Shown here: piece by piece, positions 57,126-64,000 of the stretch
Position numbering within the stretch: the stretch's first letter is position 1
How the letters are laid out: every line of letters starts with the position of its first letter
Source of the DNA: a virus
DNA length: 64,000 bases
Direction: 5' to 3' (one strand)
Virus record (IMG/VR): IMGVR_UViG_3300046534_001374
Span: 75,596 to 139,595 of that record
The notes under the pieces: generated by a model
Seen by the model: only the letters and a program-made list of their open reading frames with translations
What the model was told of the DNA's origin: nothing
The model's database searches: none
Made by a program: the position numbers and the translations under genes

Positions 57126-58574
57126 ATGCCTATAGACGGAAAACTACCTATTGATCGTTCATCCAACAACATCACGATAGATACTACGGAGTTGCAGGTG
57201 GTTGAGAAAGCCAACCTCCAAGATTTTGTTGAGGGTGTTGATCACTCTTTGTTAGCAGCTCGTGGGACAGGGGTCAATACAACTTATGTATGTTCTGTCA
57301 CAGTTGGGGGAGCTACCTTTACACACGGCGCAGTTGGAGGGGAGATCCAATCAGACCAAGGGTATGTTCATCAGCATTTCGGAGGCGAATCCGGAGTTAC
57401 AGTTGCAAATTTAACAGCACCCTCGACGTTTGTTTACCTTGATAAGGATAATACAATACAGCAACAGATTACTATTCCAACTGACGAAGATTGGGTTAGG
57501 AAGATTTTCACGATGCGTATTGCGGTTAACCTCACCACTAACCAAATAGTTGGCTTTGAATATTTGAATAACCCTATTGGCAATTATGCTAATAATACAA
57601 GAACTATTTATTCATACTTGCTTGCACAGGGTGTGCCATTTAAAAAAGACATGGAGGTTACGGGTAGGGCAGACCTTGGTTTCGATTTGGCGGCTGGAAG
57701 CTTTTTGGAGTATGGCGGCACGGGGAATATCCACAGACCCCACGTTGCTCCTTTTGGTTTAGTAGAGAATGCAGAGTTTTACTTGGCAGACCGAACTACA
57801 TATGATGCAGGGGGAAATACCGATATACCTAAATTTTGGGATAACGCCGGAACTCTTACAGCAATAGGATCTACTACTTTGGTAGGGCATAGACTATACC
57901 GTTTCAGTGATGATAACGGTAATGTGGTAATGCAGTATGGGCAGGGAAATTACGCTAACATGTCACTTGCAAAAGCAGGGGTGTTAACAGAAGATTATGT
58001 TCTAAATCCAATTCTAAAAAATGCCACTTTTCTAGGTTGGTGGATTATTGAATCAACCGCTACTAACACGAGCGGAACAACTCTAACAAGTTTCGTAGAA
58101 TATACTTTAGGAATCCAAGGCGGGGTCTCTAGTGGTCTATCAGGTGCAATGCTTAGAGGTAATAACGGGTCTGATATATTAGATGCTGCCATATTCCGAT
58201 CCAGCCTTGCTCTAGGAAATGCCGAAGACACAAGCGATGCCACAAAGTTTGCGAACTATCTCTCTACCCAAGCTCTATCAATTGTCACTAATGAGACCGA
58301 TTGGGATGTTTCTTCAGGTAAAAAGGCAACACTCGTCCATGATTCTGACACGGAGATTCAAATCCCAACTAACTTACCAATAGGTCAGTCAGGGACTATC
58401 TCAGGAACTCAGGATGCAACAGGGGGTAGAGCTTTGTCTGTAGCTTCTGGTATGACACCGTGGGCTGATTTTACAGAAGTTGCGAATCAGGCAGCAAACA
58501 AAGGATGGACTTTATCGATTGATCGTGTAGCTGCAAGTGAATATCGTGTTTATTTAGTTTTACAGCCAGCTTAA
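57126..58574 (+). CDS. tail fibre-related protein
   Basis: 482 aa, G/T/N-rich; C-terminal WDVSSG..ATL...PTNL..GQSG....QDATGGR fibre module. Confidence 0.7.
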   Translation: MPIDGKLPIDRSSNNITIDTTELQVVEKANLQDFVEGVDHSLLAARGTGVNTTYVCSVTVGGATFTHGAVGGEIQSDQGYVHQHFGGESGVTVANLTAPSTFVYLDKDNTIQQQITIPTDEDWVRKIFTMRIAVNLTTNQIVGFEYLNNPIGNYANNTRTIYSYLLAQGVPFKKDMEVTGRADLGFDLAAGSFLEYGGTGNIHRPHVAPFGLVENAEFYLADRTTYDAGGNTDIPKFWDNAGTLTAIGSTTLVGHRLYRFSDDNGNVVMQYGQGNYANMSLAKAGVLTEDYVLNPILKNATFLGWWIIESTATNTSGTTLTSFVEYTLGIQGGVSSGLSGAMLRGNNGSDILDAAIFRSSLALGNAEDTSDATKFANYLSTQALSIVTNETDWDVSSGKKATLVHDSDTEIQIPTNLPIGQSGTISGTQDATGGRALSVASGMTPWADFTEVANQAANKGWTLSIDRVAASEYRVYLVLQPA

Positions 58575-58577
58575 TCT

Positions 58578-61500
58578 ATGGACTCAGTTACATTACAACC
58601 AAATATGGTCCAGCGTGCGGGATACGGGGAACTTGACTCTCTATCTCTCTCTGGGTTATTGTATCAGGGTGCCGAGATAGAAGGAAACAAATTCTACAGT
58701 AAAACAAGAAATCAGACTGGGACATCTAAACGACCTCTGTTAGAAGGGAAGTGTTTTGATGGTGATGGTACAGATGATGGAATCACATTCACAACAGCAA
58801 TTGTTCTTGACGGAGACTTTGAGATTGAGTTTAATATGAACGGTGACGACGTTACTGAACGTCATATATTTGCTAATTCTGCTGTATCGGGTAATGGACG
58901 TATCTCTTTTACTTATGTTGGATATCTTAATATCTCTAATGATAGTAATACTGTTGTAAACTTTACTGGATTCACTTTCCTAACAGGAACTGACTATAAA
59001 GTGTTTTTGGTTCGTACAGGGACAAGCGTAACCCTCACAGTAAACGATGTTTTAGAAGATACCCAACCCGTAACTGGGGATATTACTCTAAATAGTGCGA
59101 TGCTTCTTCGTGGAACAGCAACTTCATGGGAGACATTCGATGGTAAAATGTGGGGAGTTAAAATATACAAAGCTGGAGTTCTTCAAGTGTTCTACAAAAT
59201 GGACGAGGTCGATGGTACAACATCTTTTGACAGTTCTGGAAACGGTAACCACGGTGTAATTACAAATGCTACACTCTCAACTTTCCACGCAACACAAGAT
59301 GTTTATAGTTACCAAAATCAAGTTGGGTATAGTAATTACTTTATAGGAAATGACACGCTTATCTCTCCAAGCATTGCTTTGACCGATTTATCATTCACAT
59401 TTAATAATAACGGTGCGACAACTCAATTTATCATTATTAGTAACTCTGCTACCGTTTTCCTACTCGCTATGGATTCTGGCTCTACCAGCACTGCTATTTC
59501 TGGTAGCTACGGAACGCTTGTAGTTACAATCGACGGTGTAGCCTTTAGTGGGACGCGTGCTGAACTTTATACTTTGCTTACTGACGATGAAAACCATGAG
59601 ATTGTTATATCAAACATCACAAGAACAGACCCTGTTTATTTAGGAGGTTACTCTCCTGATACAAATTGGGACATCACTTCACAATACATCTCAAACGTAA
59701 TCGTAAACGGTGTTGCAATTGAGGGAACAACATACGTTCCACGAGACGAAGCACTCCCAACTCTTGATGTATTCGGAAACACTTTGCAAAACTCTGGACT
59801 CGTTAAACCTTATGCTTTAATTGAGGGGAGTAATTGTGGTCATGGCGATGGTAATGACGACGGTGTAACATTCACAACAGCGATTGTTCTTGATGGCGAT
59901 TTTGAGATTGAGGTTAATATAAATGCTGATGATGTTACAGGAAGACATATATTAGCCAACAGTGATGGTGGTGGTTCGACTTCACGGGTTACATTAAATG
60001 ACTCTGGGAGGCTTGCAATTTATGATAATGCTGGTGGGTATGTAAACTTCAATGGATTTACATTCTTGACAGGAACAGACTATAAAATATCGTTGGTTCG
60101 TGTAGGAACAAGCGTCACATTCAAAATAAACGGAACTTTAAACGATACTCAAACCCTATCTGGAGATATTGAACTCAACAGTGCAATGCTTGAACGTGGG
60201 ACAGCAACTTCATGGGAGACATTCGATGGTAAAATGTGGGGAGTTAAAATCTACAAAGCAGGAGTTCTTCAATTGAATTACCCATTCTCAGAAGGAGCAG
60301 GAACAAGAATCAATGACGTTTCAGGCAATGGAAATCATGGGACAGCAACAAACATCACAGAAAGTACATTCTGGGGTAGCACACAAGATGTTTTCCATTA
60401 CAATATTAACACTGGGTTTAATAAGTATATGCACTTTGATGGTGTGGATAATTTAGTGACAACAGAAACAGTCCAAGATATTAGTGGTGCTTTCGATATG
60501 ACTGTTAGTTATATAGGAACAGCTAATCAAACAGCGTATATAGCTCATCAAGGAAATGGTGGAGGGACTTCAGCTAAAACTATTTCGATATTAGCTAATG
60601 ACTCTAATGTAGTCGTCACTCTTAGTGCTGGTTCAAGCACACCTATTACAATAGCAGGTGCTAATGATGGAGACTTTCATACTATTAGAATAATATCTGA
60701 TGGAACTACTTATGAAGTATTCTTCGATACAATATCAGAAGGAACTTCTAGTATTGACCAAACAACAATAAATAATAATTTCCCTTTAATGTTTGGGGGA
60801 AGATACAACAATACCATCGACGCTTTTACACTCACTTTTGAGGGGTCAATATCTAATATTACCGTCAATGGTGTTGCAGGTTGGAATGGCTATGGAAACA
60901 CAGATGAAGACTGGCTTGATACAGTAATACCAGTAGGTGATGAACGTATGTATTTTGATGGTGCTGATGATGCTGTTCTCTACGGTGATATTGATGTTTT
61001 AGATTATGACGCAGGGTTTAAAGTAAAAGTCACTATTGCTACCTCAGACGATGATGGTGTGAAAGCTTTAGCTTCAAAAGCTGGCGGTAGTGGAACAGCT
61101 AGGTGGTTGTGCTACTTAAACTCAGGACAACCAACTATTCTCCTAGGGGATGGTACAGACCAAGTAGTAATTTCAGGTAATATTGACGTAACTGACGGTC
61201 TGGAACACGAACTTATTTTTATAATATCTAATTCAAACAGCACTGCTACTAAAATATTTATTGATGGGGCGGAATCTACTTATTCCCCACAATCTGACCC
61301 AACAGTTATTGATTCAATGGCTAATGCCTCCCCTCTAACTGTCGGTGCGTATAATACCAATGCTGGACGTTTTATAGGAATTATTTCAGACGTGTCTATT
61401 ACTAATTTGAGCGATACAGTAGCATGGAGTGTTGGAGGCTATGGAAACACAGATGCAAAATGGCTGGACCAAACTGGTTCAAATAACGGTACAGTTGTAG

Positions 61501-62534
61501 GTTCACCTCGTAGAGTGTTTCTTGATGGTTCAACACTTAACTTTCCTAATGATGGAACAGTTGCAGGTTCACCAGCGAACATAAGAATCCCTAAATTAAC
61601 TTCAGCTGACACTGATGCTCTTGGTAACACACTAAGAAACATTCCAGTGGCAGGACACAACGATGCAGAATCAACATTCGATTTTAAGAACGTTGCGCTA
61701 GGTGGTGTTGTATCACCAAGCACAGCTAATGTCTATGAGGGCTATGCTCTTTTCGATGGGTCGAATGATTATATATCAGTTCCTGACAACACGGATTTAG
61801 ATATTACCAACAACTTGTCGGTTACAGCTAGGGCGAAAAATGATAATGCAGCAATTGCAGGTTCTGAAAGTATTATTGCTAAGTACGACTATGGAAACAG
61901 CAAACGTGAATGGCTTATGTATTTTGAAAGAGAAAAGATGGCTATGGCTTTTGGCGACCCCTCTGATGGAAGTCTTCAAGCTATTTGGAAATCTAATGAT
62001 GACGTTGTAGTAAACTTAACAAACACTTACGGATTTACTTTTGCAAGCGGAGACTTGAAAGTTTATGTTAATGGTGCAGAGGTTGCAGGCTCTGTTACAA
62101 CTGGAACTATTCCCTCGACCTTATACCTCAGCGATACTCCTTTGAGAATAGGTATTATAGACAACGGTGCTTCAAGGGAATATCATTGGGAAGGTAATAT
62201 ACTTGATGCTAGAATCTACAACACTACTGTATTAACTGCGGCACAAATGTTATCTATTCACAATGGTACGAACATAACTACTAATCTAGTAGCTCACTAC
62301 CCTCTAATCAAAGACGCTCTCGACACATCAGGTAATGGTAATAATGGAATTGTGGAGGGTGTAACATTTCCCAAAGTAACGCTACCAGATACATATGCTT
62401 TTGGCGACACTGTAACTAACCCAGTGTTCAAACGTGATGTATCAACAACTAAAGAAGACCGCTTCTTGATTTATGAAGCAGGACTCACAGGAACTGACCT
62501 CACAAAGTCAGAGACTTACACAGATAACATTTAA
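58578..62534 (+). CDS. large tail fibre / receptor-binding protein with multiple LamG (concanavalin A-like) domains
   Basis: Repeated FDG.DD and D.SGNGNHG motifs, 1318 aa, internal duplication. Confidence 0.85.
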   Translation: MDSVTLQPNMVQRAGYGELDSLSLSGLLYQGAEIEGNKFYSKTRNQTGTSKRPLLEGKCFDGDGTDDGITFTTAIVLDGDFEIEFNMNGDDVTERHIFANSAVSGNGRISFTYVGYLNISNDSNTVVNFTGFTFLTGTDYKVFLVRTGTSVTLTVNDVLEDTQPVTGDITLNSAMLLRGTATSWETFDGKMWGVKIYKAGVLQVFYKMDEVDGTTSFDSSGNGNHGVITNATLSTFHATQDVYSYQNQVGYSNYFIGNDTLISPSIALTDLSFTFNNNGATTQFIIISNSATVFLLAMDSGSTSTAISGSYGTLVVTIDGVAFSGTRAELYTLLTDDENHEIVISNITRTDPVYLGGYSPDTNWDITSQYISNVIVNGVAIEGTTYVPRDEALPTLDVFGNTLQNSGLVKPYALIEGSNCGHGDGNDDGVTFTTAIVLDGDFEIEVNINADDVTGRHILANSDGGGSTSRVTLNDSGRLAIYDNAGGYVNFNGFTFLTGTDYKISLVRVGTSVTFKINGTLNDTQTLSGDIELNSAMLERGTATSWETFDGKMWGVKIYKAGVLQLNYPFSEGAGTRINDVSGNGNHGTATNITESTFWGSTQDVFHYNINTGFNKYMHFDGVDNLVTTETVQDISGAFDMTVSYIGTANQTAYIAHQGNGGGTSAKTISILANDSNVVVTLSAGSSTPITIAGANDGDFHTIRIISDGTTYEVFFDTISEGTSSIDQTTINNNFPLMFGGRYNNTIDAFTLTFEGSISNITVNGVAGWNGYGNTDEDWLDTVIPVGDERMYFDGADDAVLYGDIDVLDYDAGFKVKVTIATSDDDGVKALASKAGGSGTARWLCYLNSGQPTILLGDGTDQVVISGNIDVTDGLEHELIFIISNSNSTATKIFIDGAESTYSPQSDPTVIDSMANASPLTVGAYNTNAGRFIGIISDVSITNLSDTVAWSVGGYGNTDAKWLDQTGSNNGTVVGSPRRVFLDGSTLNFPNDGTVAGSPANIRIPKLTSADTDALGNTLRNIPVAGHNDAESTFDFKNVALGGVVSPSTANVYEGYALFDGSNDYISVPDNTDLDITNNLSVTARAKNDNAAIAGSESIIAKYDYGNSKREWLMYFEREKMAMAFGDPSDGSLQAIWKSNDDVVVNLTNTYGFTFASGDLKVYVNGAEVAGSVTTGTIPSTLYLSDTPLRIGIIDNGASREYHWEGNILDARIYNTTVLTAAQMLSIHNGTNITTNLVAHYPLIKDALDTSGNGNNGIVEGVTFPKVTLPDTYAFGDTVTNPVFKRDVSTTKEDRFLIYEAGLTGTDLTKSETYTDNI

Positions 62535-62555
62535 AAACAGATAACATTTAAAATT

Positions 62556-62999
62556 ATGGCTAAAATTACAATCGCACAAGAAACAATCGACACAAACGAA
62601 CAAGTCCAAGAACTTGCAATCAACGCTGTCACAAAAGGAGCAGACGTTAAACCTGATGGGGACAACGCTGTTTACATAGTAGGAGATACAAAGCTTTCAG
62701 TAGACGTTGCGAAGTTTATAGCTTCCGTTGGTGGAGAAGTTGAGGGGTTTCAACTCTTTGCCGAAGTAGTGCCAACAGACCTTGTTCCTGAAGGAATCCG
62801 AGGAAGAGCAACCACAGACGAGGAAGGGGTAGAGACCGTAAAGACTTGGGAACAATGGAGGACAATCCTCGTAAGAGACTCACGTAATTTCATAGAACTA
62901 TCAGACGGAAAAGATTACCTCAAGATCTCAGAGCTTGTTCCTGTATTCGACCTCCTTATAAAACCAGAAGATTTGCCTGTAGATGCAGTAATAGACTAA
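62556..62999 (+). CDS. hypothetical protein (possible fibre chaperone)
   Basis: 147 aa after the fibre gene. Confidence 0.6.
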   Translation: MAKITIAQETIDTNEQVQELAINAVTKGADVKPDGDNAVYIVGDTKLSVDVAKFIASVGGEVEGFQLFAEVVPTDLVPEGIRGRATTDEEGVETVKTWEQWRTILVRDSRNFIELSDGKDYLKISELVPVFDLLIKPEDLPVDAVID

Positions 63000-63011
63000 C
63001 CTAATATTAAT

Positions 63012-63350
63012 ATGATTGAAGAAGAAAATATACCATTAACAGAACTACAACTCTCCCAACAAACAGGAGTCAGATGTTTCCTAGTTTCGTTAGAACATTT
63101 CAGTAATGTCTCAGATGCTATCGAAGGTCAACGAAATCTTGACCAGATCCATACGATTAGCTCGTTTCGTCAATTAGATGCTTACCCAGTATCAACGTCA
63201 GGAGAAGTTATGGTCAAGTGTAGAACAAACCAGATCACCGCAGCCGATGAGGTGATCTTGATTCAAGCAAAAGACTCTGGACTTATTGATGAGAAAACTG
63301 TGGATGAGTTTGAAGCACTCAAGCCAGAAGAAGACGAAGAAGAAATCTAA
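63012..63350 (+). CDS. hypothetical protein
   Basis: 112-aa ORF. Confidence 0.6.
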   Translation: MIEEENIPLTELQLSQQTGVRCFLVSLEHFSNVSDAIEGQRNLDQIHTISSFRQLDAYPVSTSGEVMVKCRTNQITAADEVILIQAKDSGLIDEKTVDEFEALKPEEDEEEI

Positions 63351-63407
63351 CAACTTATATTAGATCCTAACTTCTTGTAATTTATCGAATCGCTCATAAT
63401 TAATTTT

Positions 63408-63596
63408 ATGAGCGATTTGTCTTTTAAGTTCCAAGAACTAACCACTATCCAAGCTTTGGTCGAAATCCAACTTGATACTTTGACCCATCTCGAAGATATC
63501 AATGAAGACCCAGACCAAAAGAAGTTCATTAAAAATGAATTGGGTAAGATCAAACCCTTAAAAACAAAGATCGGAAAATTGATTAAGAGCTATTAG
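63408..63596 (+). CDS. small late hypothetical protein
   Basis: 62 aa; TAATTA-N5-ATG. Confidence 0.55.
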   Translation: MSDLSFKFQELTTIQALVEIQLDTLTHLEDINEDPDQKKFIKNELGKIKPLKTKIGKLIKSY

Positions 63597-63621
63597 GGGT
63601 TGGGAATCCTAATTATAAGTG

Positions 63622-64000
63622 ATGTCTGCACAAAATTCATTACTATCTTTCAAGCAATGGAATGTAGCTAATCCCAGCATCCCATTTGATAAGAAGATGG
63701 TGATGTATCAGGATTACCTACAATCGACCTTAATCACGGATGTTAAGGAGGCTTCGGTGGAAGAGGCGAACCAACAAAAGGAATCCTATAAGAGCTTCCT
63801 ACGGAGACTGACGGTCATTTATGACGATGATCCAGACATCAAGAAGTTATCTAATTTAGATTTGGACGACGATCTTCAATTAATTTCGGCTATTCCTATT
63901 TTCTCTGCCAAGATCAGAGACATTGCGATCTTCTATCGAAAGAGAAGAAAAGAAATTAAAAAGCTCAAGGAGAAGTATTCAGTTAAGGGGACTGAACAAG
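63622..64000 (+). CDS. probable virion protein (partial, runs off window end)
   Basis: TAATTA-N6-ATG; MSAQNSLLSFKQWN... open to window edge. Confidence 0.6.
   Translation, partial: MSAQNSLLSFKQWNVANPSIPFDKKMVMYQDYLQSTLITDVKEASVEEANQQKESYKSFLRRLTVIYDDDPDIKKLSNLDLDDDLQLISAIPIFSAKIRDIAIFYRKRRKEIKKLKEKYSVKGTEQ

Noticed and set aside
58750-60400. Diversity-generating retroelement TR/VR pair
   Set aside because: Both copies are in-frame coding domains, differences are not adenine-specific, and no reverse transcriptase is in the window
1-64000. tRNA, rRNA or integrase genes
   Set aside because: No cloverleaf, rRNA-like or tyrosine-recombinase motifs recognised by eye; a tRNAscan/HMM run would be needed to exclude them fully

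Overview
A 64-kb segment of a large, AT-rich, T4-like (gp55-type late sigma) myophage with a rearranged gene order. It carries replication, recombination and repair genes (gp43, gp41, gp32, gp45, uvsX/W/Y, gp46, gp47, rnh), gp55, thymidylate synthase, GroES, MazG-like and macrodomain genes. Virion and packaging genes include gp3, gp5, gp18, gp19, gp17, gp53-like, gp4 and LamG/SGNH tail-fibre proteins. The main discovery is at 35970-38818: six integron attC-type sites (five near-identical ~119-bp copies plus one divergent copy) delimit five 0.49-0.62 kb cassettes, with no integrase in the window. Each cassette's 5' core heptamer is the exact reverse complement of its own attC R'' box, the footprint of IntI-mediated cassette integration. 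Every cassette holds a convergent ORF pair. In four of five, the ORF opposing attC polarity sits behind the same TAA[ATG]TA-N5-6-start motif that precedes this phage's virion genes, so the cassettes look wired to the phage late sigma factor. Other oddities: a ~135-aa insertion in gp55; a gp5 with a lysozyme-like domain and an apparently circularly permuted amidase inserted in its OB-fold; an (AAAAC)6 candidate operator before gp32; a stop-interrupted terminase ATPase paralog; and a GC-rich SGNH tail module flanked by 64-bp direct repeats. All protein calls come from motif recognition by eye; no database searches were run.
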